NCBI GenBank assembly: GCA_046754465.1
Contig: JBHHVU010000011.1
Span: forward strand, 11,436 to 75,435
Source: Nitrospinaceae bacterium
Lineage (GTDB): Bacteria > Nitrospinota > Nitrospinia > Nitrospinales > VA-1
Direction of reading: 5' to 3'
Length of the DNA stretch: 64,000 nucleotides
The notes beneath the pieces are model-generated. The model had not been told where the DNA came from. It did no database searches and worked only from the letters and a program-made list of their open reading frames with translations. Positions 22,824 through 32,096 of this stretch are shown piece after piece (positions within the stretch are counted from its first letter, which is position 1; each line of letters starts with the position of its first letter). The translations under genes were made by a program, and so were the position numbers.

Positions 22824-24313
22824 GTTCTTATATCAACCAGCTTTGAATTTCCATCGATGAAAAGTGGGAGGCCTTCCTGGTCCGCGTCCCTCTCAACCTT
22901 GTCCCGCACGCAACAGGTCACATGGGTATTAAATCCATATCCCGCCATTTGCGTTTGAAATTCCGGGCTCCTGGATTCTATAAAATCGGCCACGGGTTTT
23001 TGTTCCGCCTGCAAGGTCACCGAAAGATCCTGACCGTGGACCTGGCTATCCACTCGCAGATTGCCCAGCCTGGAAAGGTTCAAAAGAAAAGTGAGGCGGT
23101 AGACCCGCTTTCCCTTTTTCTTTTCCCCGGAATCTTCCTCGGCGGGAAGGCGAACGAAAAGCCTTATGGATTTATCCCCCGGAGCGAACGGGTTGGGGAT
23201 TTGTAAATAGATGGGTTGATTCTCCTGGCGCGCGAACTGGTTGGCCAACTGGTGCAATTCGATGTTGTCGAGCCCCTGCCGCAGGGTTATCAGGGAATCC
23301 TTGATATGAGAAATCGGGCCCGCTCCGGCATCCTTTCCCGGCCAATGCCGCTCAAGGTTATGAATCAGTTCCAGCAGTTGACCTTTAAGATTGCGTCCGA
23401 GCCCCATTTTTTTTGCCGGGGAGGCGTCATCCTCAAAATATTCTTTCACCCTCGCTTCATAATCCAATCCCGAATGATCGACCTGTTCTTTAATCTGCGC
23501 GGCATTGGGAACTTTTCCTGATTTTGGCGCCAGCAAGGCAAGGGTTTGCCGCAATCGATCGAGCAGGGCGGGATCGGTTACCCTTTCTCCGAGGGACGCC
23601 AATTCGGCAACGGCTTTTTCGAGCCGGGCGGTCATCCCTGCAAAATCCTGAAATGTGGGCAAATAGGGTTTGATCATTTCCGCATCCACCCTTGGGGTTG
23701 GCGGGCCGCCGGCCTGAATCAACTGGGTCAACTGGTGGGAAATCCTTTCCACCGATACGGATAACAGGTTCCCAGGCCGAACGGATTGGGGAGCGGTTAA
23801 CCGTACCAGGAAATCCCTGCCCTGGGACTGGGCAAGCGCGGTTTCGGGATTCATGAGACGGAGAATTTTCACTTGCAATTCCTGGCCCGACCGCAATTTC
23901 AAATAATCCAGATCCCTTTGCGTAAGATGGCCTAAGGGAGGAAACCTCCTGGAGGTCAAACGGGTGGTGAACCCAGCCTCGGGGGTTTTCGAATTCGTTT
24001 TGGGGTTTTCCGGTGGAATTTCCGGGGAGCGGGCCGAGGGTAGCCGCGGCAACACCTTGAGAACCGGGGTGGGATTCACCCGTTCCACGCGGGCCGTAAA
24101 AGTCTGCCCCGGCGGGGGTGGATTTTCGATATCGACTACCGCTTCCTGGCCCTGGAAATTGACGGCTATTTTCCCTGCGGATAATAATTCCAGGACCCGC
24201 CCTTCCAAAAGCATACCCAGACGGAGTTCCTGAACAAAATTCCGGGTCAGGGCGGAAGACCCTTCCACCGAAAGGATCCGTAGAATGTTGGAAGGCAAAA
24301 ATTCAGGCAACAA
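22820..24313 (-). CDS. FliK-like flagellar hook-length control domain protein
   Basis: C-terminal LNLSRLGNLRV..VHGQDLSVTL FliK_C fold; overlaps the flhB-like gene by 4 nt. Confidence 0.7.
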   Translation of the reverse strand: MLPEFLPSNILRILSVEGSSALTRNFVQELRLGMLLEGRVLELLSAGKIAVNFQGQEAVVDIENPPPPGQTFTARVERVNPTPVLKVLPRLPSARSPEIPPENPKTNSKTPEAGFTTRLTSRRFPPLGHLTQRDLDYLKLRSGQELQVKILRLMNPETALAQSQGRDFLVRLTAPQSVRPGNLLSVSVERISHQLTQLIQAGGPPTPRVDAEMIKPYLPTFQDFAGMTARLEKAVAELASLGERVTDPALLDRLRQTLALLAPKSGKVPNAAQIKEQVDHSGLDYEARVKEYFEDDASPAKKMGLGRNLKGQLLELIHNLERHWPGKDAGAGPISHIKDSLITLRQGLDNIELHQLANQFARQENQPIYLQIPNPFAPGDKSIRLFVRLPAEEDSGEKKKGKRVYRLTFLLNLSRLGNLRVDSQVHGQDLSVTLQAEQKPVADFIESRSPEFQTQMAGYGFNTHVTCCVRDKVERDADQEGLPLFIDGNSKLVDIRT

Positions 24314-24347
24314 GGAAACCTCCCCGAAACCGGTGTCCGAGACTGTG

Positions 24348-24809
24348 TTATTTTCTTAAATTCAAGGCCAACTCGATTTCTCCAACAGGAATATGTGTTT
24401 TCCTGGAAATTTCTTGAGGATTCATTCCGGAGTCGGCGAGTTTGAGCGCTTCGGAATATTTATCTTTCCACTCCGCCAAAGAGGAAACGGGTCTGGAAAG
24501 GGGAGAACCGGCCCCCTTGGATTTGACTTCCTCCAGAAGGCGGTACAGTTCGCTTTTCTCCCGTTCGAGCAGATTGGAAATTTCCGCCGCCAACGTCTGT
24601 TTCCGGTCGATATCGGCACTGATCCGGTTGGAGACTTCCAAAGCTTCCCGGATCATTTCATCGAGGGAACCCTTGAGATCGGTCAATTCATCGATTCTTT
24701 TTTCCTGGCTTCCCAGGAACCGCTCATCGGATTTAATTCGAAAAAGGCCGTAGCCCACAGCTGCAACGAGGAGGATGTCCAGGAATATTTGTATGACCGT
24801 CCAGTTCAT
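24348..24809 (-). CDS. Membrane-anchored coiled-coil protein with C-terminal HTH-like domain (DUF2802/DUF6115-like)
   Basis: N-terminal TM; YSEALKLADSG...EISRKTHIPVGEIEL. Confidence 0.65.
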   Translation of the reverse strand: MNWTVIQIFLDILLVAAVGYGLFRIKSDERFLGSQEKRIDELTDLKGSLDEMIREALEVSNRISADIDRKQTLAAEISNLLEREKSELYRLLEEVKSKGAGSPLSRPVSSLAEWKDKYSEALKLADSGMNPQEISRKTHIPVGEIELALNLRK

Positions 24810-24822
24810 CGGGAGTGATCAG

Positions 24823-25152
24823 TCAGATTACCAGATCAATCTTTGTTCCCTGGGTTTCTTCCCCAGGGACCATTTTTCCCTGGGAGGATTTGCTTTCATC
24901 CTCTGTCCGGGTCTTTTTTTGCCGGACAAGCACCTGTCGGCGCCGGGTCCCATCGGGATTGGTCGAATTGGTGGGATGATTATTTTCCGCATCTGGTATT
25001 TCCGACCGCTTTTTCTCATCAGCTATTTTTCTTTCATCATCCAATTGGTGAGCGCTGATTTGGGGAATTTGCTGGAGGGTTTGTTGCAATTTTTCGGCAT
25101 GTGTTCCCGCTTGCAGAACTTGCTGAATACTTACTGCGGGTAGGATCGGCAC
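24823..25152 (-). CDS. Hypothetical protein, flagellar neighbourhood
   Basis: Q/E/K-rich 109-aa ORF ending GTKIDLVI, in a same-strand run with fliL and the fliK-like gene. Confidence 0.55.
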   Translation of the reverse strand: MPILPAVSIQQVLQAGTHAEKLQQTLQQIPQISAHQLDDERKIADEKKRSEIPDAENNHPTNSTNPDGTRRRQVLVRQKKTRTEDESKSSQGKMVPGEETQGTKIDLVI

Positions 25153-25283
25153 GGTTGGTGAACCTTATTGAAAATTTATTTTGATCGACTTCACCATTAT
25201 TTTGCCTGGGTTTGCCTTTTTTGGGAAATAAAACCCGAAGCATCAACTCGCCACTCTTTGATCTTTACGGGACCCAAGCCAGG

Positions 25284-25934
25284 TTACTTGACCACAAACC
25301 GCGTAAAAAATACATCCTTTATCGTTCCGGTTCCGGGAAGAAGAAGGGGGTTTACCGAAACCAGGATCTCCTTTTTAATCTTTTCCTCGATTTTCTGCTT
25401 GTGCGTCAAGTAATCCCGAGGATGCTTTCTTATCAATATATTATAAATGTTTTTGCGCACCGTCGGAAGGACTTTCCGAATTTCTTTATCGAGAGCCTGG
25501 TTGCTTAAAAGGAGATTGGGAGTCACGGTGACGAATCGTCCGGTCTCCCGCCCCTCGCTCCTCAAGGGGAGAAAAAAAGGTTCAAGGGCGTAAACGATGT
25601 CTTTCGCAACGGGAACTTCCTTTTTCCCAGGTTGTTTCGTTTCTTCGGAAACAGGTTCCTCAACCTCGGCGGGCTGACCGGCAGGATTCATATAAAGAAA
25701 ATAATACGCGCCACCGGCCAGCAGGAGGAGAACCAGGAACCCCCCCCCGGCAAGAATCAGCATCTTTTTACTGGTCAGGAGTTTCCCGGTTATTTTTTTT
25801 AAGAAACCTTCTCCGCCACCCCCCTCGGCGGCATTGGGAGCCGGAGGTCCTTCCGCCTGATCGAGAAGGCGCTCCAGCTCTTCCGTTTCGTTGACTTCCT
25901 GTTCCTCATTGAGTTTGTCAGCGTTTTCGGCCAT
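25284..25934 (-). CDS. fliL: Flagellar basal body-associated protein FliL
   Basis: Single TM ending GGAYYF, ALEPFFLPL, C-terminal IKDVFFTRFVVK. Confidence 0.8.
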   Translation of the reverse strand: MAENADKLNEEQEVNETEELERLLDQAEGPPAPNAAEGGGGEGFLKKITGKLLTSKKMLILAGGGFLVLLLLAGGAYYFLYMNPAGQPAEVEEPVSEETKQPGKKEVPVAKDIVYALEPFFLPLRSEGRETGRFVTVTPNLLLSNQALDKEIRKVLPTVRKNIYNILIRKHPRDYLTHKQKIEEKIKKEILVSVNPLLLPGTGTIKDVFFTRFVVK

Positions 25935-25981
25935 GGTCGAAAAATTCCGTGCCAGGAAACCAGTTTCTCATCCCGACCGGT

Positions 25982-26602
25982 TCAGGCGAAAGATTTCAGT
26001 TCGCGAAATAAGGATTCCACTTTCGTTCGCAAACTCTGGATAGTGGAATTGTTCTCAAGAACGTAATCGGCCTTTTTAATTTTTTCCTCAAGGCTCATTT
26101 GGCTTTCCAACCGGGCGAGGACCTGTTCCCGGCTGAGGGAATTTCGCCGCATCACCCGCCGGACCTGGTTTTCCCTATCGCTGGTCACCACGAGGACCTT
26201 GTCCATTTGCCGGTAGTTGCCCGATTCGATCAGGAGCGCCGCATCTACCACGATCAGGGCGTGGGGTTCTTTAGCGCATATGGATTGAAAAAGTTTTTCT
26301 TCCACCTCAAATACCCTGGGGTGCAATATCTTCTCCAGAAGGGCTCTTTTCTTTTCATCGTGGAACACGACTTCGGCCAGTTTGGTTCGGTGGAGGGATT
26401 GGTCCGGATTGAGGATATCCCGGCCGAAATGATGGACGATTTCCTCCCAAGCCGGCTGGTGGGGCCGCACCAAGTCCCGGCAAATGGCATCGGCATCAAT
26501 GACATGGGCTCCCCTTTCCTTAAAAAAGGACGCGGCAAGAGTTTTCCCGGACCCCATGCCGCCGGTGAGGCCCACCCGTAATGCCACCCTGATATCCTCC
26601 AT
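25982..26602 (-). CDS. coaE: Dephospho-CoA kinase
   Basis: VGLTGGMGSGKT, IDAD, ILHPRV, DAALLIE, SQMS..EK..ADYV; start at ATG 26602. Confidence 0.95.
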   Translation of the reverse strand: MEDIRVALRVGLTGGMGSGKTLAASFFKERGAHVIDADAICRDLVRPHQPAWEEIVHHFGRDILNPDQSLHRTKLAEVVFHDEKKRALLEKILHPRVFEVEEKLFQSICAKEPHALIVVDAALLIESGNYRQMDKVLVVTSDRENQVRRVMRRNSLSREQVLARLESQMSLEEKIKKADYVLENNSTIQSLRTKVESLFRELKSFA

Positions 26603-26624
26603 CCACGAAAGGTTGGCGTTTCCT

Positions 26625-27482
26625 TCAATCCATCTCTTCAAGGACGGATTCATAAAGGCGCATGATTTTTTGGGTAATCCGTCCAGGTTTTCCGTTTCCG
26701 ATCGTTCTTCCGTCCAATTGAGTGACCGGCATGACTTTTTTAAGGGTTCCCGTGATAAATATTTCGTCGGCTTTTTCAAGAGCTTCCGCGGGCCATTCCC
26801 CCTCCTCCACCAAAATCCCGTTCTCCCGGGCGAGCGGGATCAGGATTTCCCGCGTGATTCCGGGAAGGATACCGCAATCCACGGAGGGAGTCATGACCCG
26901 GTCTCCCTGGACAAAAAAGATGTTGCTGGTGGTGCATTCGGTCAGGTAACCCCACGGACTCAACATCAGCGCATCCTTGGCCCCCAGTTTGTTGGCTTCC
27001 ATCTTGGCGAGGACGTTATTCAGGTAGTTGCCCGTCTTGATTCCAGGATTCAGGGCTTCCCTGGGGTTTCTTTTGATGGAAACGAGGGCGATATGGATTC
27101 CGTTTTCGTAATATTCCCGGGGATAGTCCCGCATCTCGGTCACGTAGATCAATACATTGGGATTTTTGCAGGTGGAGGGGTCGATGTCGATGTCCCCTAC
27201 CCCGCGCGTGACCACGATGCGGATATAGGATTCCCCGTTGCCGCTGGCCTGGAGAGTTTTCGCAAGCTCTTCCCGAAACCGGTCCGCGCCAAAGGGAATA
27301 TTCAGGCTGAGCGCCTCCGCGGAATGGTTCAATCGCTTCAGGTGTTTGTCCAGAAAACAGGGTTTGTTTTTGCGAGTGCTCACCACCTCGTAAACGCTGT
27401 CCCCAAATAAAAACCCATGGTCAAAGACGGAAATGCGGGGGTCCTCCTCGATGATTCCGTTGATGTTGATTTTCGTGGTCAT
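26625..27482 (-). CDS. Aminotransferase class IV (IlvE/D-amino acid/PabC family)
   Basis: DHGFLFGDSVYE, IKTGNYL, ECTTSNIF, ILPGITR, ADEIFITGT. Confidence 0.9.
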   Translation of the reverse strand: MTTKININGIIEEDPRISVFDHGFLFGDSVYEVVSTRKNKPCFLDKHLKRLNHSAEALSLNIPFGADRFREELAKTLQASGNGESYIRIVVTRGVGDIDIDPSTCKNPNVLIYVTEMRDYPREYYENGIHIALVSIKRNPREALNPGIKTGNYLNNVLAKMEANKLGAKDALMLSPWGYLTECTTSNIFFVQGDRVMTPSVDCGILPGITREILIPLARENGILVEEGEWPAEALEKADEIFITGTLKKVMPVTQLDGRTIGNGKPGRITQKIMRLYESVLEEMD

Positions 27483-27572
27483 GCGCTCGCGCTATTCAAA
27501 CGTTTGATTGATTTTTTGGGCAAACAAATCACCCGTGGGACCGAAAGGTGAGAGTCGATGGATCTGGAAAAT

Positions 27573-28265
27573 TTAATTCTTATCCAGGGACAACAGGATG
27601 TCGTTCAATTTATCTTTATCCTCTTGGGTGTAATCTTCCTGGGGTTTTCCAGTGGCCACCGGAGAATCTTTGTGCCCCGATGAAGAACCTCCGCGCCCGG
27701 ATTTCAATTCTTGAGCCAGCTTGTCCATACCCGTTAAATTTTTCAATTTTTCCTTCATCTCGTCCAAATCGAGGTCAGGCAATTTATCCATCCACTGATT
27801 AGCATCGACACTGTCGGCCAAGACCTGGGACAAACGCTGCAAATGGGGCGCGAAAAAGGAATCTCTGGAAAATTCATGCTTGAGGTCCGGAAAAAAATTG
27901 AGAGGAAACATGAGGATGACCAGAATAATCAACCCCTTTACAAGTCCGATGGCCCCTCCCAAAAGGCGGTCCATTGCCGAAAGACCGGGAGCGGAATGAA
28001 CCAATCCGCGAAATCCTTTTCCGACAAAGGAAATGCCCACCACCGTGACCAAAAATATTCCGGCAGAGCTGATCAGGGCGGAAGCAGTTGGGTTGGGAAT
28101 GAATGCACTCAAGATTTCCGCCAGGCGGTCTTGATATTTTACGGCTGCCAGGTATCCCCCAACATATGCCAGCAGAGAAAAAATCTCCTTCACCATTCCC
28201 CGCGCCACCGAATACACAAGGCTGAGCCCCAAAATTAGGGCGGCCGCAGAATCGAACCAGGTCAT
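27573..28265 (-). CDS. cvpA: CvpA (colicin V production) family membrane protein
   Basis: MTWFD..RGMVKE..SL, four TMs, DRLLGGAIGLVKG. Confidence 0.85.
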   Translation of the reverse strand: MTWFDSAAALILGLSLVYSVARGMVKEIFSLLAYVGGYLAAVKYQDRLAEILSAFIPNPTASALISSAGIFLVTVVGISFVGKGFRGLVHSAPGLSAMDRLLGGAIGLVKGLIILVILMFPLNFFPDLKHEFSRDSFFAPHLQRLSQVLADSVDANQWMDKLPDLDLDEMKEKLKNLTGMDKLAQELKSGRGGSSSGHKDSPVATGKPQEDYTQEDKDKLNDILLSLDKN

Positions 28266-28306
28266 ATAACGATTATCCTTTGAAAATCAATGGATTAAAT
28301 TATTTG

Positions 28307-30739
28307 TCACTTGCGGGAAATAGTCAACAGTTCTTTTATCCGCTTCCCCTCGGGGTCCCCGTAAAGAGCCAGATAGATGGCATAATTGCGAAGGACTTTC
28401 TTGACGTAATGCCGGGTTTCAGTGTAGGGGATACTCTCGATAAATTCGAGGGGATAAAGATTGGATCGGTAGGAAATCCATTGGCGAACCTTGTTGGGTC
28501 CCGCATTATAGGCCGCCAGGGCATGGACCCGATTGCCACCGAAGGATTTCAAGAGTTCATTCAGGTAATCGATCCCCAACTGGATATTGACTTCCGGAGC
28601 TTTCAACTGTTCGGGAGTGGGGACCTCTTGTTCCAGGGAACGGGCCACGCCGGCGGCGGTCCGGGGAAGGAGCTGCATCAGCCCAATGGCGTTGGCGGAT
28701 GAGGTGATTTTGGGATTGAAGGCGCTTTCCTGCCGCATCAGGGAAAGAATAAACCAGGGATCCAGGTCGTAATTTTCGGTCACGGAAAGGACTTCCTTCA
28801 GGAACGCTTTTGGGAATAACCTTTCGGCCAGGACGCGGGAAATTCCCTCCCGATTCCCGTGGTTGGCAAGGGTCCAGGATAACCGTATCGAATCCTGAAA
28901 ATTGCCCCCCCGATTGAATAACTGTGCGAGATAAAATGAAAATGCGGGATCATCTTCTTTGGTGACGAGCGGGGCCAGTTCGTTGGCCCCGTATTCCAGG
29001 AATCCCACGGCGATCAACTTTTCCGCGCGGCTCAGCCGCTTGCGCTGGATGTCCCCAAGACCAAAATACCGGAACGTGATTTTTTGGGAGGTTTTCCGGA
29101 TTAGAAAATCCCTGAGCCCGGCACCCAGTTCCCCCTGGCTAAAAATGGTGTAAAAATCGAAGGGGTATTTCTCGGACAACTCCTGGGTCAGGGACAATTT
29201 TTTTCGGCTGTTTCCAAGTCCCTCCTCGGTTTGTGCCAACCAATAGAGGGCCGCTGTTTTATAGGACGAGCCATTGGGGAAGATTTTACTCAGGCGCCGG
29301 TACGCCCGGGAAGAATAAAACTCCAGAAGCCGTTGGAAATGGGTTCTCGCCTCCTTGTATTTGCCCTGCAATCGTAAAACCCAAGGAATTTTAAAAAGGG
29401 CCGCGGTGGTGTAGGGACCAAAATCATATTTCTCGATCAGATGGGAATAGTAATCAATTGCCCGGGAATACTGCCCCTTGTCTTCCAGAATTCGGCCGAG
29501 AAAAAATGTCGCCTTGTGACAGGTCCGGGTTTCCAGGGGAAATTTTTTCAGGATTTTCTGATAAACAACGGCCGCCGGGTCGAGCAGATTCTCCGTCCAC
29601 AGCAAATATCCTAGTTCATTGAGGGTTTCATCGGGATATATACCGGTGATCTTTTCGATGGTTTGGTTGATGGGATGCTCATGGAGGTAAGCGGCAATGA
29701 GCCGGTTGACCTTGCCGGTAATCCCCCGGGCCTCCTGGATTCCGGGATAATGGGTCAGGACCGAAAGCCCCAGTTCCAGGCTGCCCTCCAGGTCCTGCCT
29801 CTTTAAAGAGCCGTAAAAATCACGGACCATTTCATTTTCATACGTGACTGCGGCGGGGGAAGGCTTTTGCGCGGTTTCCTTCTTTTCCATCGGATTGGTT
29901 TCGGTGGAAGGATCCGCGGGAGGGCGCAAGGAGGAGATGTCGACCTTGGCTTTCAGCAGTTTTTTTTCATATTTTTTCAAAAATGTTCCCACCGCTTCCA
30001 AAACTTCGGGGGAATCGGAAATTTTGAGCAGCGAGGCATAAATGTCCGCCGCATATATCCATTCGCCGGCGGATTCATAGGTTTTGGCCAGGGAAAGATT
30101 GACCCCCAACCGGTGCTCTTCGTTCCCGGGAAATTCACGCATTAAGGACCGGCGGTACACCTGCCACGCGGCCTTGTAATTGAATGACAGAAAATAAGCG
30201 TCGCCCAACAATTTTTCTGCCTCCGACAAATCCCTTTGAACATTTTCGTGGAAGGGGCTATCGGGGTAGGATTTGAACAAGGTCAACCTGAGTTTTATGG
30301 ATCGCCGGAGAAGTTCAATGGCCGGCCGATACTGTTTCTTTTCGATTTCCACTAACGCGATTTCGTTCAACGCCAGGGCCAGGTGGTGCAGGCGGAAATC
30401 CTCCAGAATAAAATTCCCTATTATTTTGGTTTCCAAATATCGGACGGCATTCTGAAAATCACTTTTTTGAAAATACAAATACCCGATCGCCAAAACCAGC
30501 AGGTTCTTCTTTTCCCGTGACCGGATTTTCCTCTCGGCTTTTTTGTAATCCAGGAGGATGGATGGAATTTCCTCCTTATCAAGATGACCCAGGTCAACGA
30601 TGATCCGCTGCCGGGGAAACAGGTCCGTGGGAAAGGGTTCCCCGGTATTGAAAATATCCAGCCGCGTGGCAAAAACCGTGGACCCCTGCAGGAAAAAAAA
30701 CAGGATAAAGAAGGCCAATAAGCGAAAAGGGAAAGTCAT
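28307..30739 (-). CDS. Soluble lytic transglycosylase with TPR (Slt-like)
   Basis: RQESAF, AIGLMQL, AAYNAGP, ESIPYTETRHYVKKV. Confidence 0.9.
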   Translation of the reverse strand: MTFPFRLLAFFILFFFLQGSTVFATRLDIFNTGEPFPTDLFPRQRIIVDLGHLDKEEIPSILLDYKKAERKIRSREKKNLLVLAIGYLYFQKSDFQNAVRYLETKIIGNFILEDFRLHHLALALNEIALVEIEKKQYRPAIELLRRSIKLRLTLFKSYPDSPFHENVQRDLSEAEKLLGDAYFLSFNYKAAWQVYRRSLMREFPGNEEHRLGVNLSLAKTYESAGEWIYAADIYASLLKISDSPEVLEAVGTFLKKYEKKLLKAKVDISSLRPPADPSTETNPMEKKETAQKPSPAAVTYENEMVRDFYGSLKRQDLEGSLELGLSVLTHYPGIQEARGITGKVNRLIAAYLHEHPINQTIEKITGIYPDETLNELGYLLWTENLLDPAAVVYQKILKKFPLETRTCHKATFFLGRILEDKGQYSRAIDYYSHLIEKYDFGPYTTAALFKIPWVLRLQGKYKEARTHFQRLLEFYSSRAYRRLSKIFPNGSSYKTAALYWLAQTEEGLGNSRKKLSLTQELSEKYPFDFYTIFSQGELGAGLRDFLIRKTSQKITFRYFGLGDIQRKRLSRAEKLIAVGFLEYGANELAPLVTKEDDPAFSFYLAQLFNRGGNFQDSIRLSWTLANHGNREGISRVLAERLFPKAFLKEVLSVTENYDLDPWFILSLMRQESAFNPKITSSANAIGLMQLLPRTAAGVARSLEQEVPTPEQLKAPEVNIQLGIDYLNELLKSFGGNRVHALAAYNAGPNKVRQWISYRSNLYPLEFIESIPYTETRHYVKKVLRNYAIYLALYGDPEGKRIKELLTISRK

Positions 30740-30876
30740 GGCAATCGTGGAAAGGGATTTCTTGAATCAAGAGGGTTTTCCGGCACAATGAAGCTTTCCC
30801 ATTATACCTTTTCCTGAACCGTTTGCCGGAAAGGACTTGGAATTTGATACAGGATCAACTTAAATAAAAGGACCAG

Positions 30877-31389
30877 CTAGGACTTTTTGTCGTAGGAGCG
30901 GGAAAGATGAACCACATAATCTTCACCGTCATCCACAAGCGATGAGTGCGATGAGTCAGGCGGATACTCGGACCGCTGAACCGAGGAAGGCGGGGATTCC
31001 AACCCCAAATCCTGCTGACCGGAAACCGTGTCCACAAAAACTTCTTCCCCCACATTCCATTTCTTTTTATCCGAGGGATCTTTTTCCAGCGCGATCACAA
31101 TAATCTCATGGGTTTGGGAATTCCATTTGGGATGGGGCTCCCGATTATTGATTTGACGACGGTCTCTCACCACTTGCTGTTTAACGGGTTTCTTGGGGCC
31201 GTGCCGGCGTTCCTGGTTCCGCTTATCCCCGTTTCGTAAAATAATGCCCTTCCGTTTTTGCAGGTGCTTACGAAAATCGGCTTGCTTCTCGCTCCGGGAT
31301 ATCGGAAACGAACCGGAAACCGAAACCACTTTTTCCACGTATTTTTCAGAATCTGAAGCCTTATTTCTGTCGATACCGGCAACTAACAT
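30877..31389 (-). CDS. Hypothetical protein, probably sigma28-regulated
   Basis: ATG 31389 preceded by GAGGAG and by a sigma28-like promoter. Confidence 0.5.
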   Translation of the reverse strand: MLVAGIDRNKASDSEKYVEKVVSVSGSFPISRSEKQADFRKHLQKRKGIILRNGDKRNQERRHGPKKPVKQQVVRDRRQINNREPHPKWNSQTHEIIVIALEKDPSDKKKWNVGEEVFVDTVSGQQDLGLESPPSSVQRSEYPPDSSHSSLVDDGEDYVVHLSRSYDKKS

Positions 31390-31444
31390 GACGGACTCCT
31401 CAGCCAACAAAAATTTTTTCGATCTAATTTTACAGGATATCTTT

Positions 31445-31472
31445 TTATCGGCAAGGCAAAAGAAAACCTTGA
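31445..31472 (-). promoter_or_regulatory. Sigma28 (FliA)-type promoter
   Basis: Minus strand TCAA-N16-GCCGATAA with a perfect -10 element. Confidence 0.6.
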
Positions 31473-31500
31473 GTCCTTTTTTCCATCAAACCCCAAAAAA

Positions 31501-32007
31501 TCAATTGTTTTCCTTTAAATAATTGAAAAATATAAGCTTAAAGGATGAAGTAAATTGGCCGGGGTCCCGGGACAGTAAGCCTTGAATCTCCCCCAGCGTC
31601 CAATACCGCCCTTCACTGATCTCCAAGGGATTAATAGTAATGGTTTTGGAGGTGGTGCAGGAAAAAACAGCAACATGCTCCCAGCAGGTTTCCCGACATG
31701 CGCGGAAGGTTATCAGAGGATGCAAATCGCCGGCGATGCCAAGCTCCTCCTTGAGTTCACGGTGGGCGGCGGCGGCATAATCCTCTCCCGAATCCACATG
31801 GCCGGCGGATGAGGTATCCCATAAACCTGGGTTTTCATCCTTGGCCGGGGCTCTTTTCTGGAGAAAAAGGTCCCCTCGGGGATTGAAAACCATGATGTGC
31901 ACGGAACGATGCAAAAGGCCCTTTGCGTGAATTTCCGCCCGGCTGGCCCGGCCCACCACTTTGTCATCGGCATCCACGATGTCATACACTTCGTCGCTTT
32001 CGTTCAT
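31501..32007 (-). CDS. NUDIX hydrolase (YfcD/IDI-like)
   Basis: LLHRSVH, QKRA, AGHVDSGE..AAAHRELKEELGI Nudix box. Confidence 0.9.
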   Translation of the reverse strand: MNESDEVYDIVDADDKVVGRASRAEIHAKGLLHRSVHIMVFNPRGDLFLQKRAPAKDENPGLWDTSSAGHVDSGEDYAAAAHRELKEELGIAGDLHPLITFRACRETCWEHVAVFSCTTSKTITINPLEISEGRYWTLGEIQGLLSRDPGQFTSSFKLIFFNYLKENN

Positions 32008-32096
32008 GGTCCGGCAGGAAATTAATCCGTATCAGGTTAAGGCGGGAGGCATGGGCAAGGAAATGGCTGCGTAGAGAAACCCCATCCCCGCGACCC

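Noticed and set aside
25143..25172. Possible sigma28 promoter (GCCGATCC)
   Set aside because: The -10 overlaps the GTG start codon and the -35 spacing does not fit
26603..26779. N-terminal extension of the coaE ORF
   Set aside because: Overlaps the aminotransferase gene in another frame; CoaE homology starts near 26602
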